Shown in pieces: positions 1 through 13,184 of a DNA stretch of 64,000 nucleotides. The notes beneath the pieces were generated by a model, which saw only the letters and a program-made list of their open reading frames with translations, searched no databases and was not told the origin of the DNA. The DNA comes from Phoronis australis (Eukaryota; Animalia; Phoronida), in the NCBI GenBank assembly GCA_002633005.1, contig NMRA01000584.1:130495-194494 (forward strand), written 5' to 3'. Positions within the stretch are counted from its first letter, which is position 1, and each line of letters starts with the position of its first letter. Made by a program: the position numbers and the translations under genes.

Positions 1-360
1 GGCGGTTCTTATTAGGAGACAAAGCGGGCACTGATGTCACAATCAAAACATTGACTTTGCAACTTGTAATTTTGTGGTCAAAGTAATAATAGTGAACTAT
101 CGGGATCTCATGATTCTTATACTGCCGAAGATGATATAGCAAGCGATGTTATTTAATTAAAGCAATAAAGTCCGTAGTAATGATTCACACAGGTAAAGTG
201 ACGGCCCGGGGGATTGGTGAATCTTCGTTAATCATTGACCATTACAGAATGTATCAGAACATTTGATAATCTAACACATTGTCTATTGAAGACATTATAG
301 ATCGGTTATGTAAGACGTGTCACGATGAAACACGGTCAGCATAAATCATGTGACAGCAAT

Positions 361-693
361 TCAGAGGGGGCTGATTTTCCTGGAAGAAAATGAAATGATG
401 TTCGGATGAATGAATACAAAATATCTCACCGCCAACGCTGAACACAGAAATGGTGTAAATGATGCAGAAACAAACCACAGAGCCACAAAATTACTGTATA
501 CTTTCTAAGTGGGCCATGAAAGTCAACATTCGTCACAGGTGTTTTCAATTTCAAATTGCTGTTAGAAACAACAAACATACCTGCAGTAATCAAGGCAACG
601 CCTAAGTGGACCTGTCTTATGGGCGTATCAAACGTATCCACATGCTTAGATCTAATTAGTTCTTCATATGATGTAATCAGTGTTTGATCTCCA
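361..693 (-). CDS. Possible 3' end of an unidentified spliced gene with a C-terminal hydrophobic helix (exons 693-581, 493-430, possibly 379-361)
   Basis: Canonical ttttccag/GTATGT and tacag/GTGAG sites join in phase to give ...QVHLGVALITAVILWLCGLFLHHLHHFCVQRWR(KISPL*); the upstream exon at 947-878 does not phase-match, so it may be a pseudogene. Confidence 0.35.
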
Positions 694-1189
694 CTGGAAA
701 AATTGATTAAAATAAGTCCTATCGACATTCTGCGTCGAATTAACATTGAATATAAAAATAGTCCCATCATTTTCCAACTTGTGCGGCTAATAGACCACTT
801 ATTAACGTTTCAGCTAAAAATTCTCCCGCCAAGATCATGCAGTAAAACAAGGGGTGGTATAGAATTTGAATACTTACTGTCAAAACTGAACTCATTGTAC
901 GATGAGGCATCGCCATTCATTACTGTACAACACGACGTCGAGTCAACCTGTATTACATGTTCCTTTATGTTCTTGCACAACATAACCAAGCGCTCCTTAA
1001 AGAAAAGTTGATTGCGGCCAAATGATGAAGAAGACAGACTTCTCCAACTATATGCGTATCGCGGATACTGCTAAATAGTCTTATACCGCTTGCACCACTA
1101 ATCGTTGTATTTGTAAATTGATTTGGACCTGATTTTGCCCAAATTCGTTTAGCGTTTTATCCAATCATGATTACGTAGCAATCAAGAAC

Positions 1190-1340
1190 CATTGGCGGAT
1201 GGGGGGAGGCAAGGGGACCATGCCCCCCCTAAATTTCTTCCAGATTCCATTTAGCAGTTCGAGGGTGCATGACTGACGGACAAAATCTGGGCTAATACCC
1301 TGCTCTGCCCCCCCGACTCAAAATCCTGGATCCGCCATGG
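1190..1340. mobile_element. Short hAT-like MITE (CA(G/T)TGGCGGAT...ATCCGCC), TSD AGAAC
   Basis: TIRs with a 5-bp direct repeat; same family as 10298-10443 and 33193-33346. Confidence 0.75.
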
Positions 1341-2419
1341 AGAACAGAGGCTTGTTAATACTGTTGGTTGCGTAAAAACAGGGATTGGTAGAAAATGAAA
1401 CTTGTCTTCGTCATTACGCACTTGTGGTGGGTATCTTGCTTGTTCAAACAATGTGCCTTCTGCACTAGTGTAATTGAGAAACGAAACACTAACCCTTCTG
1501 AAGTATCGAAATTACTGTATGCAATAAACAAGCTTCACGACTTTGGTAAGAATTACAAGTTTCATCTCAATTCTTGTTTTGTGTGTTTAGTAAAGTGTGT
1601 GTACTAAAATGGCATGTCTACTATTTCCTTTTTATCACCCCTAAACATGAACAATCAAAAATGTATGGCGTAAATGTCGGATTATGTAACCAGACTATGT
1701 TCTTTACATTACCTGTAGGAGCTGCGGAGTGTTTCATTATTTTGCTATTCAACGACGATAAAAAGAAGACCAATTAACGAACACAATTACATAAAAAGTA
1801 CTATGACGTATTGCTTACAGTTAAGAAAACAAGCAGCAACTTCTGACGACTTTTCCCACTAAACACAATGGAGGATAATTAGCCTATAACGCTGTGATTG
1901 GTTGTCACCATTCTGCGTAGTGTGTATTGGTCAATGAAGACGAGCTTGTTGTTTCTCACCCTTGAACTCGGACATCTAAGTTCGTCATATGAATGTTATG
2001 ATGTTGTTCATCATCGCCACCACCATCATCATATTCGTCATCATCTTCGTCATCATCTCCGTCTTTGTCTTTTCCGTTAATTTCGCCAAGTGTCGCTCAA
2101 GACTGTAGCCTTTTTCTTACTGATTTCGGACTTCTACGTTCGTCATGTGTATGTTATTATTACTTCTTTAGTTCATCTCAGACTTACCCTTTTTCGAGTT
2201 ATTTGACTTTGAATTTCTTAAAAAAAACGCAAAATTTCATTTTTTTCGAAAAATTTACGGAATTAGGCGATACCATCAGTTTAGATAGAGTTTTGAACGG
2301 GCTTTCAGAAGGTGTTTTCCATTTTTCGCTATGACGTCTACTTTTTGAGTTATTTGAGATTTTCTGATAACGCTGTTCCTTTGTTGAGCGCTCTTGCTAC
2401 ATTGATGTTGGTTTATCTT

Positions 2420-2773
2420 CTATTGAACTAGACACTCCACCGCGCAAAACCACAGGAGGAAACAGAAAACGGCAGAAAAAGAGGCCCTGAGAGAAGAGCA
2501 GACTAAGTGAAAGAAGGAGAAACCTGCGAGAAAGCTTGTTGTTGACACACAACCAAAAGAAAAAAGAAGAAAAAATCGCCATCCTCATCTTCAAGCAGCG
2601 AGTCTGAACAGGAACATTTCTGCCTTATTTGTTTAAAGCCATATTCTAACAGCAGGAGTAGAGAAAAGTGGATCAACTGCGTTGAGTGCAAAGGGTGGGC
2701 CCATGAGGAATGCGCTGACGATGGGATGCCGTCCTCCTTTGTGTGCCACAATTGCAACCCGGATGAGGATTAA
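2420..2773 (+). pseudogene. Decayed C-terminus of a pogo/Fot1-like (DDE_1) transposase with a PHD-type zinc finger
   Basis: Basic linker, then ESEQEHFCLICLKPYSNSRSREKWINCVECKGWAHEECADDGMPSSFVCHNCNPDED*; stops and frameshifts upstream. Confidence 0.75.
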
Positions 2774-4799
2774 GGCAAATAGTTTGCGTTTAAACTATCA
2801 TGTTGTTAAAATCCTGCTCTCAAACTGCCCATGTGGTTCCAGTATCCGAAAATATTTACTACATAAATTCTTATTTTCGACACCCTTTCTTTATATTCTT
2901 TTCGCCTTTCTTGCCAAAAACGATTTTTTAACAGTATTTGACCCTTCTCTGTGAGTGTATAATTACCGGCTTTAATGGTTATTTCTGTACCCACATTTCC
3001 GGCTCATCAGTTCAGGAACTTGTCGTGAACGCCGCCATTTTTTCCCTTGTAACTGAATGTGCTATGGCTTGCTCGAAAAGTCTTCATTATTTTGTTTTAT
3101 TAGTAATACCTCGTGATTCGTTTGCATGTGTAGTGTATTTATAGTTTGTAGTTAGTGGTCGTTAATTTTTTTGGGAATGTTACGCGTACTTAGTATGTTA
3201 AAATAGCATTGGTGTTTAGTTCCTTACGTAGGCCGATCGAACCTAGGAACCAATATGGGTCGAACCAAATTTTTTTCGGTTTTATTTTTTTTCTCGTTTT
3301 GAAAAAGTCCTTTACTATCATTGGAAAGGTGGTACATTCTGCTCAATAAAAATCGAAAAAGTATCAAAATCGGGGCAAGCAGTGTAAAGTTATTGCAAGT
3401 TTTGTGGCGAAATTTGGGTCACTTTGTTTGGATCGCGTCGGCCATATTGGAGGACAGCGGGATAAGTTGCGAGTTTAAAACTTTGTGTAAATTGTTTTCG
3501 CCATCAAATTACGGTGAAATTTAGTTAGACATATCTTTACTTACTATTCTGCACGATTTAACAGTGTTCACCAAATTTCAGCCTCGCAGTTGTTACTCAT
3601 TAAGTGATAAATGTGCTCACAATTCCCGTTGGACTTCGTCTCATTTCTGGCGGCACCGACCACATGGCGACTTTTGCTGAACTGAAAGGCATGTTCAATC
3701 GGCTGCTTTGTAATTTGTGAAGATTTAACGTTGATACATTTTGACAAACGTTGCTACCAAAAAGAAACTTTGTTCAATTTTCGTGTTTTTGTGCAAAATA
3801 TAAGATATATTCGAATTATTTTACTGTAAATTTCCCATTCAGGTGATCTTACACTAAGCTAAAAAAATAGTTGAAATAATTTTGAAATGGTTTTTTGTTT
3901 GAATGTCAACTGCTGTTCAAGACTTGATTCGGTGTCACAAAATGATTCATATTTTTCTAAATTTTAGGTCTCAATTGCTTTCAAGTCATGTTTTGTAACT
4001 TATTGCTTCTTAATTCAGGTTATCAAGTCATCAATATGAATAATCGCAATTTGAGAAATAAGCTATGTTGGATTGTGAAGCTTCAAGCCTCTAATTCTTG
4101 TTCCTTGCAACTTCATATTTTTTTAAATTATGCTTGTCAAATTCTGGTGTAAGGAAACACTATTCCGTCACCATGGTAATAGTTACATGTATGTCCACTT
4201 TCACATCATGGAAACTGTTGCTGTTGAATAGTGTTTGTAAAGCTAAATGTTGTAAAGTATTGTGCATTTTAAGTTACTTATTATGTTAAAAGTTTGAATC
4301 GTTTTGGGTTAATGAATAAAAAATGATAACATGTTGTATTGGACTTGTCATACTTANNNNNNNNNNNNNNNNNNNNNNNNNNNNNNNNNNNNNNNNNNNN
4401 NNNNNNNNNNNNNNNNNNNNNNNNNNNNNNNNNNNNNNNNNNNNNNNNNNNNNNNNNNNNNNNNNNNNNNNNNNNNNNNNNNNNNNNNNNCGTTCATTTA
4501 AACTTTTTTCGACTACGGATCGCCGTGTATTAGATATGGGGTAAGTACTTCTTGTATCCTTATAACATTCTCTAACCATGTAATAAGGGTTAACAACGTG
4601 TGAGACCAGGACTTCAAGTTTAATGCCTCAGTAAGAAGAAAAGTAGGAGAAATATTATGTTAGTTGCAAAATATTTTTACCAGATGGTTCATTCAAGCCC
4701 TAGCTGTTGTATAGTTTACGGTCCTTAGGGACAAATAAACAGGCATACATCAACACAAGATTTTGGAAAAATGTGTTTTTGTTCAATTTCAGAGTACCG

Positions 4800-5019
4800 C
4801 AACGAAGGCCGAACTTGCCGGGGCAAGTTGGGCCCCCGAGGGTGCCATTTTGAAAGGAAAATTACTGCAAGACAGGTGCATTACATCTCTCAAATGTGCA
4901 TCATATATTGTGTGACAGACCGTACTTCTCACACAACGCTTTTGTACGAACCAGCTTAAATAGCTTCTACAATATCGCACTTTTTTCAAAAAGGGTCGAA
5001 CTAGTCCCGGTCTCCCCTA
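4800..5019 (+). mobile_element. Right terminus of a pogo-like DNA transposon (...GTCCCGGTCTCCCC|TA), probably the end of the PHD-bearing element
   Basis: The reverse complement TA|GGGGAGACCGGGAC is a typical terminus of PHD-finger pogo-like elements; no left TIR was found in the window. Confidence 0.5.
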
Positions 5020-5632
5020 CGCTTATTTTATTTGGTCACGTTCGTCCACATCATGTTAAGATAAGTGTCCCCCTGAACCCCTTAATCCCCAATAACATCG
5101 AGCTTACAAAAGATTCAATATTTGTAACAGCGGCAACATGAAGTGCGTTGAAATGGCGATGCCGGAGTATGTTTGGTGGACAGCACTCAACCTACAGTTC
5201 ACTGGAGGGAGAAAGCCTCGTTCCGGCCGCTAGCTCCGGTGCACTGGTCAGCTTTGTGTATTCACTTCCTTATTAGGAAATTTGTGTAGTTGTCTAGTCT
5301 ATTAATGGTCTAGTTTCGCATTTAATAAATGGCTACGAAGAAAAATACTGGAAACACCGTTTGTCGCAATTCTTTCCCAGACTGCAGGGAATTTACAAGC
5401 ATGTGTCTTGTGAATAATTGGAAACCTACTGTGGCTGCCATTTTTCTCTTTAGCATTTGATTTGCGGAGGTATTATATAGCTACACGCTGCCGTGGAAGA
5501 ATATTTGTATTGATTGCATTTTCGCGCATGCCCGGCACGATTTCCGGCGTCCTATTATAGCGAGATTTCCAATGAGATAAATCAAATTATATGTAGCTCA
5601 TTGCCTTTCGCATAGGCGGATTTAGGGGGGGN

Positions 5633-6745
5633 CACAGGCGCTTGGGTTTATCGCAAATGACGTCACAATATATATATAAGAAAACATAAAGGTTGGACAC
5701 TCGAAATCTGTTTGCTCAGAATTTTCTACTCAAATGTGCATGGAACTCCACGAAACTAGCATCGGACAACTCTTGGAATACCTTCTTTCATTTGATCTCT
5801 TCAAATTGTCTTCGAGTGGTGACTTGGCAACAAAAATGCCAAAAGAATGCCAAAATCAGAAATTCAAAAACCTTATTCCGTGATGTCATGGCAGACGGTC
5901 TTCGCACATCCGGGTTTTGACAGACGCTCCCGAGCTAAATCCGAAAGTCTAATTTCGCGCGGCTTTAGCCGTCAATCCATTGACTACTTGATCATGAGAA
6001 GCAGAGAGCACTTTATTGCCAAATAAATGTAATTACTCACATATTTGTGTCAAATATAAATTATCCTGATACTGTATTGATATGCGAAGTTTTTTGTGTC
6101 CTGTGATTTCTTATGAAGGTTTTATTTTTGGCCAAAACCATTGAGGTAACTCGTTGGCCACGCGCATTGTAATACTTGCACGGGCTGCGTTTCCTGGCCG
6201 AGTGTGCGTTGTGCTTCAATCAAAAAAGTGCGTGATGTCAAGATGAGAAACAAGATACGCCAGTTTATGTAATAAAGTTCTAAGTTAAGGGCTAAAATGA
6301 GCCGTCAGTGGAATAAAGTTACAAATAATCATTAAAATACTAACTTTAACGTTCTCAATTAGTTGAGTTTTGGATTAGAATTATTGAATTTGAAATATTG
6401 GTTGCTTGCTCAAACTCGAAGTTTCACCTACGTCAGGCGTACAAGTTGAAGCACGACTGAAATCCGCCATGTTTACTATTTCAGGTCCTTGAATTCAGAG
6501 TTTTGAGATTGTTTTGGAAATTCCATCGCCACTTCACCACTCACGAAGACAGTTGATGGGATCTAGGAAAGATAAGGCTTCGAATGTTTATGCAATACTA
6601 AGCTAAGGGAGGTGCACGCAGATTTTATTTGGATTTTGGACGGTTGAAGTTGGGAGCCTCGGCTAAACAGATTTCGAGTGTCCAACCTTTATGTTTTCTT
6701 ATAAATGTATTGTGACGTCATTTGCGATAAACCCAAGCGCCTGTG
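5633..6745. mobile_element. Non-autonomous DNA transposon with ~80-bp TIRs beginning CACAGGCGC (Chapaev/Transib/CACTA-type termini)
   Basis: CACAGGCGCTTGGGTTTATCGCAAATGACGTCACAATA... is mirrored at about 6665-6745; diverged relatives lie at 38330-38760 and 40400-40529 (ending GCGCCTGTG). Confidence 0.8.
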
Positions 6746-6751
6746 GTTAAA

Positions 6752-6812
6752 TCGTGGTGGTGTAGTGGTAATGCATGCGCTGTCTAACCGCGAGGTCGTG
6801 AGTTCAAGTCTT
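6752..6812 (+). other. tRNA-derived (Pol III A/B-box) segment within a repeat; inverse copy at about 36330-36392
   Basis: A-box TGGTGTAGTGG and B-box-like GAGTTCAAGTC; no intact cloverleaf. Confidence 0.55.
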
Positions 6813-9800
6813 TGGTACGTTCAGTTTTCCTGTTTGACACGTTCTCTGTGTTTTTTTTTTCTTGAATAATACTTCAGGAATCAAGGAAAATGATTGATTT
6901 TTAGAGGTAAAAACAGAACAATTTCCTGGGCGGGAGGGGGGCAAACCCCCCTCCCGACCTCCCCCCATTCGGGGCTATGCGCATCTACAATCGTGGTTCA
7001 GTTTGCGCAAATGCTTACAGCCGGACAAAATGTTGCCGCCCCCCCCCTTGTGACATCCTAGATCCGCCACTGCTTTCGACATGCTGATAGACTTTGTCAT
7101 GTGCTCTATATGCAATTTGCCATCTGTTTCTGGCTTCGATTTACCGTTTTCGAGATATTCGAGCTTATTTGATCAGATGACTCATTCTTTACCGACTAGT
7201 CCTCGCTGCACTTTTGTATTCGTACCACAGATTACATATCTCGTATGATCGATATGAAGTCCACACACAACGTGCTCAGTGTTCCACGCCTAGCTGGAAG
7301 TCGATAGCCGGACCCAAGATGGTGTTGTGGCCAACAGTGGCACGAGCCTTTTGTTCAGCAAAGAAATATAACAATGGGACTTAAACTATTAATGGCATGA
7401 ACAACCAAATGACCGAGATCACGTTCGTTCCTTCAATCGTCGTTTGTGTCTCATTTCCCGCCTCCAGCGCCCTTGCGAATTTTGTGAGAAATTCCCAATT
7501 TTGTCAGTCATAATTAATTGCAACGAAATTTTGCTGAAACGTTGGTGCGACTTCATGGCGAGGTATCATATTGAAGTTGCATCGTAAATGTCGCATGGCC
7601 GTCAAACTGCGACATTTGCGGGACAGTCGGTGCCACGAAATTGTGACACTTTATCTTTAATTTATTTATGTTGTCATTTAAGTTTCATAGACGACATTCC
7701 CCCACAAAGCTGACACGAATTGTTGGCACCTCTTCAGTCTGAAAAACTTGAGAAGGTTTCGAGCCAGCTTGAGGCAGCTCTATTGTGTAAAGAAAATATT
7801 CAACCATAATTCACAGGGTTTTGAAACACCAGTGCGAGGCCTCCTCATTAGTCACCGTCAAAATCCAGTGAAATGAAGGATTTGAATTACCAATTGACGA
7901 TGAGTGTGCTTCAAGTTGTAACATCTGCCGCCCGACTCGTTTATCTTGCCAAGTTCATTCTTACTGTGTGTACAATACAGAGAGGCTCCCAATTCCGGAT
8001 TCATAAAGGGGCGGGGTAGAGGTGGAGATTTCCACAAGCTGTCCAACGATCCTCCATTAAAGGATTATAATTTTATAAAACAGAAAATACTGAGACTTGA
8101 TTAAAACAACGGGACCATTAGTTCTGTGTTCCAGGTACCGGCTCATAGGAAAGGATTCCCGTGGTGTGAATTTTGTTAAAACAACTGCGCTGAATTCACA
8201 ATTTGCTCATTGAACCCGAATAAGGTTGATTATGTTGTTTTTATCGTTTTGCACAGGAAAAGTATGAGTCAATTGTCTACACATTCTGGCTGACAAGCAT
8301 AAGCACTGAGATGAGAGATCGACCTGCTTGAACTGACAAGCTCCACCTCAGTGCCAAGTTTTCTCCAGAGACAAGAAACGCGTATTTTGCTCACTCGGGA
8401 ACGTTCTGCCTTAGCTGGTGCAGGCACTACGTTCAAGTCTTGAGCTACATCTCTTAGTGGAAGACAACTAAAGTCCTCATCTCAAACGGTAATCTAGTTC
8501 CAAAACTAGAAAATATGCACCAAATTAAGTAATACGCAACATGGTATAATGTTTACCTCTTTTCTGTTATCACAATAAAAGACTTTTTGAGCACAATTTT
8601 ATACCTTGGCCGAGGTAAGAAAATCACCCGTCTATTTCCATCACCTGAGAATGACGGCCATGTTGTCTTTGAAAACGTATTCATATCACCGTGAGCGTAA
8701 AAGCGTTATTATTTTGTTTGTTTGTTTTAAATTATATTAAGGTTCTTTTCATTCACATTTTATTATCTACCCGCTACTGTCGAAATCATATTTGTTCTTT
8801 GCATCTGAAATTAAATATACGTAAATAGCAAAGGCTTTTTTACTAGCATGATTGATGTGCCACCTAGACTCGAATTATCTGTGTTCAAGTGAGTTGACTT
8901 ACGGCTGTAAAATTTTAGTCACTTATCAATTTTAGTACTACAAATGGGAAATATGTTTTATCAAGCTTTTGCAGTAATTCTATAGTAACAGAATTACAAA
9001 ATGCGACGCTGCTCGGACACAATGGTCCCTGACCATGGACATGGATAACAAGATTCATCCACTGATAGTAACATACGCGAGGTCCAAGTATGTTAAATTG
9101 CAATAATATCTTCAAGGTATTGCTATTTGGATGTATTTGATTCAAGTTATCGTATAATTGTATAGTTAGTTATTTTAAAAAAGCGAAAATAAAAAAATCC
9201 GCGAAAAGTTGACATTTGACACTGTGACATGGTATTGGGGAACACAAATCAGATCATATCCTACAATGCAGTTCACCGCTATTATATCACAGTACATGAC
9301 GAACAAAGACCGTTCAATCTTGGCGTGTTTTTAATTAGCAATGGTGCATCTGTGTGTGTTCTAACACCACCCAGGTGAAAGGCGTGAGCCCATTCAAATT
9401 CTCAAAAGACAAGCATCTGGCCGCGTAATGGCACGTTTACGTGTGCACTACTCGTCTTTGGAAAATGACTGTCGAGTCAGCCATCTGTCGGAGCCGAAAT
9501 ATGCTCCGACCATTTTGAGGACGGCTGCTTCGACGACAAACACGTCATGAAGGTTGAAGCTGGTCTTATAAAAAGGTGAGCTACGTTGATAATTTTGATG
9601 TCTAAGAATTCATGACGCTTTCACAGTGCCTGAACAAAACGATCTTTGTTCACTATCACCATAGTTCTCAAGTGTTTAAAATTTGTTTTCCCGTGAAAGA
9701 TTTAGTTACAATTGGATCAGTAAAACTTAAAGCCACAGCAACCAAAGCTCTCAAAAGACCTGGGAGTAATATTTAGTGCTACCAAAAGATGCATGTATTT

Positions 9801-10297
9801 TGAAAAGAATGCAGACTATGAATAAAGTAAAACACGATGGTAACTCAATTCCAAGGTTTTGATTATTACAGTAATCTGCTTCAAAAAAAAAAAAAAACAG
9901 GATTAAACTCTAGTTTTGGCATTTGCTTGAAGGTTATAAAAGTAGGCGAAAACTTGCAATTAGTTATTGTCGTGTTTTACTTTAATCATGGACTACTCTT
10001 GATTCAAAATGTTTTTTTTTACTTTTGAATTGCTGCTGTTTTGCTTTTCAGAGAAGTAAATGAAGTAAGGGAAAACACCTTGCACTTAGTGCGGAAATCT
10101 TGAAATTCGCTTAGAGCCCCTCCAATGCCGACTGCTGGTGCTCCAGGTGTGTCCAAGGAGGATGCCGTGGCACAGATAAATTCAGACTGGCTGCGTTGTC
10201 AATGGACAACGAATTGTGAAAAGCTTTTGTGTGTGGCATTTGGCTATCCCGTTTGTATAGATAAACCTGGTGATATGCTATGTTCTTATATTGAAAC

Positions 10298-10443
10298 CAG
10301 TGGCGGATTTAGAGGGGGCATGCCCCCCCTAAAATTCTCCCAGATTCCATTTGACAGTTTGGGGGTGCGAATGTCTGACGGACAAAATCCTGACTAATGC
10401 TGTGCCCTGCCCCCCCCAACTCAAAATCCTGGATCCGCTTCTG
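10298..10443. mobile_element. Short hAT-like MITE, TSD GAAAC/GAAAT
   Basis: CAGTGGCGGAT...ATCCGCTTCTG; internal sequence shared with 1190-1340. Confidence 0.75.
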
Positions 10444-10933
10444 GAAATATTTCAATGTTTCTTCAATACAATGACTATAAATATTGTGGCATAGTTTTTT
10501 TAGGTATATTTGATTTGCACTAAACTGTTGCTGTCCCATACAGTGGATCGGTATGGGACTGAAGACTTTCTTAAGTGGGGGTGAAAAGATACCTGTTCGG
10601 GTCGTCAGTCATTTCGTGCGACAATATCATCCAAATTATACACAGAATAATCACTTGCACAGAATTCGAACATTGTCTTGGAAATTTTTGAGTGAGCGAT
10701 GCAAGCACTCCCTCCATATTTCCCACTTCGTACACTTTTTGTGTTTTCATACCATGTCATAGACATCTAAAGCTATTAAATACTGGGAGTGGAGCTTTTA
10801 GGTTGAGATTCAGTGGTTGCTGTGTCCTTTTAGTTGATATCTCATTGAATTACAGTAGAACTCGCTAAGTTGGATCCAGTGAGACTAAGATATTTCATCA
10901 AAGTTAGAGTTATTTGGAGGCGTTACTGCGTAA

Positions 10934-12057
10934 TAGTCCTTTTGCGAGTTTGTAACAATAACGCGAGATTACGTGAGACTTAACTGTGACGTCACGGGAA
11001 GTGGGGCAAAAGCTTGGCGTTTGGCTCATTTGCCCAATACGTTAGCAGAGTGTATTCTGTTATTTTCTTCCACTTTTTGGCCGTTCAGTTCGAAAAATGA
11101 CAAACAAGCATAGCTGTTATGGCAAATGAAATTCAGATTCGCACTACAATACGTTCTATCGCGTTTTGTACTAATTTGGTTTCGTGTATTTTAAACGGGC
11201 GGCGAAATCCGCTCACTGATTAAGTTTTCACCACGTCAAAAATGCATTCTACATCTAAAATTTTCACCTAAAAAGGCGCTTACTTTCTCCAGTGGTACTC
11301 TCTGCTTCTAAACATAACTTCGATGAAGCATAGCTACGGGAATTTAGGTGACTTTGGCGAAGAATTCCAACTCCACATTGTCGTTACTGTTAACTTAAAC
11401 CGCGCGTGCGATAACCACAAAGTAGTTCAACTGGTCAGGTGACAAAGGCTAGCGCGAGACTGAGTGAACCGCGAGACCTGGCGCGTGACACTTGCAAAAT
11501 AACTTGAGAACATATCAAGTGAATTAGTAAGATTTGTGTTCCTTGGACTTACTGTTCGTGATTTCACGTAACTTCCTCAAAATGGCGCCCTGTGAGAGAA
11601 ACTTGAGCGAAACGCGAGGATTTCATGGATAGGTTCAAGTTATTTGTAGACTAAATTGTATCCAGAGTCAGGGTATGTGTTAATTAATTATAACTCCATG
11701 TGCGCATATGCATATTTCATTTGATTTTATTTGCTGCATTTTGAAGTGAGTAACTTTTTATGGGGAGAAACTATCGCCCCTGTGTGCTTGCATTCAGGCC
11801 TAGACCGGGTTTCAGCCCGTTCACAGCTTCGCACAACATAACAAGTTCACATTTTCTTCGTCCATTCACAGTTATTCCACGATCCATCTACCATCTTTTA
11901 AGTTGTGTTAACGTTTTAAGCGTAAAATTCACCATAAGAACTCCAGTAAAATTTAGCGTGTGTAGCAAAGACTCGGCCCAAACAAGAGCAATATGGCGGG
12001 TTTTGCCCCTTTTCCGGTGACGTCACATCGACTAACGAGAAACTCGCAAGTGAGCTA
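10934..12057. mobile_element. Degenerate TIR element with TAG...CTA ends (Academ-like termini)
   Basis: TAGTCCTTTTGCGAGTTT...TGTGACGTCACGGGAAGTGGGGCAAAA is mirrored by TTTTGCCCCTTTTCCGGTGACGTCACA...AAACTCGCAAGTGAGCTA. Confidence 0.5.
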
Positions 12058-13184
12058 ATAGCTCACTTGCTAACCTTTCTAAAGTTCCCACTGAAGCGCT
12101 ACCAATTTAAAGAGTTGCGCTGTATAAGAAGAGGGCAGGAGATTCAGTCTCAGACCTCAGACAATGGCCCAAATTCAAAACTTATTTTTTTATGTTACTG
12201 TTCAATGTGTTCGCTTAAAGCACACAAACTGAACTCCAATGAGACCAATTCCTCTGTTTACCTAGGTAAACCACAAGTTTAACTGATGTTGAGTTTAGAG
12301 GTTTATAATGTAGTCCTAGTTAAATTACACTTGCCATAACCGTGTTATTATAAGTATATAAGATATTCATGATTTCTTTTGGGTTAAAATGAATTTTTAA
12401 GAAGCAAATGTGAACGGGCCTGTTTGGGTCAATCTGCAAAATCCCCCAAAATGTATTGTTTTATTGAGCTCGGCGGGTCAAATCTCACTTCAAAAGGTCT
12501 ACCCCATCATCTAACAGTGAATAATAAATTTGCCACATTTTGCTACTTGAATATTGCTCTCGTGACCAATCATCTGCAAACGCAACGACGCTTCGAGCAC
12601 ATTCAATTAAAATTATCCGTCGGGATTGCCCGGCGTGAACAAAAACACGCACGATACAGTAGGCTCAGACGTATTCATCACCAAAATACATGTACCCGGC
12701 GTACATTATCTGGAATTTCAGACAAAGTTTATCAACGACACCAAAGAACAAATAAAATCTTTGACGACACTGCAGGCTTCTTTGTTATTGTTGGTAGAAA
12801 GATAAATATGGGAGATAGCAGATGTTGGCGATGCTTTGTTTCGAACCCATTTTTTACACGACCCATGATCAATACATCAGTATAGTGAGTCATAGCTCTC
12901 AGCCTTAGGAGACGTAGGCCATCTGCGACCACTTTCCGGACGGGGGTGATGTCCAAATCACGGTAGAGCAGTATTAATAAATAACACTAAACAAGCAATC
13001 AGGTCCCAAACGTAACATATGGTACACTAAAAATATTATGTATAACACTTCTAGGCTGTGGCGCATGTTCACACGGTTTCAGTCGTTCTGCTGTCGCGTT
13101 TTGAACGGGAAGAGCAAATGACGTGAATTTTTGCACGTGGATTCCTTTAAGTATGGCCTTTCAAAAAGTCTGCGAGAGCGTATT

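Larger units (their letters stand above)
5611..7072 (+). mobile_element. Long non-autonomous hAT-like element (GGCGGAT TIRs, TSD CTTTCG) containing a tRNA-like segment and a nested CACAG-TIR element
   Basis: CATAGGCGGAT...ATCCGCCACTG flanked by CTTTCG; 6750-7072 matches 36090-36395 in reverse. Confidence 0.7.

Noticed and set aside
4286-4579. ORFs spanning 4357-4490
   Set aside because: Made up mostly of N-gap
8258-8490. Apparent AG...GT-bounded exon on the plus strand
   Set aside because: Stops in all three frames and no recognisable protein; a lncRNA cannot be supported from sequence alone
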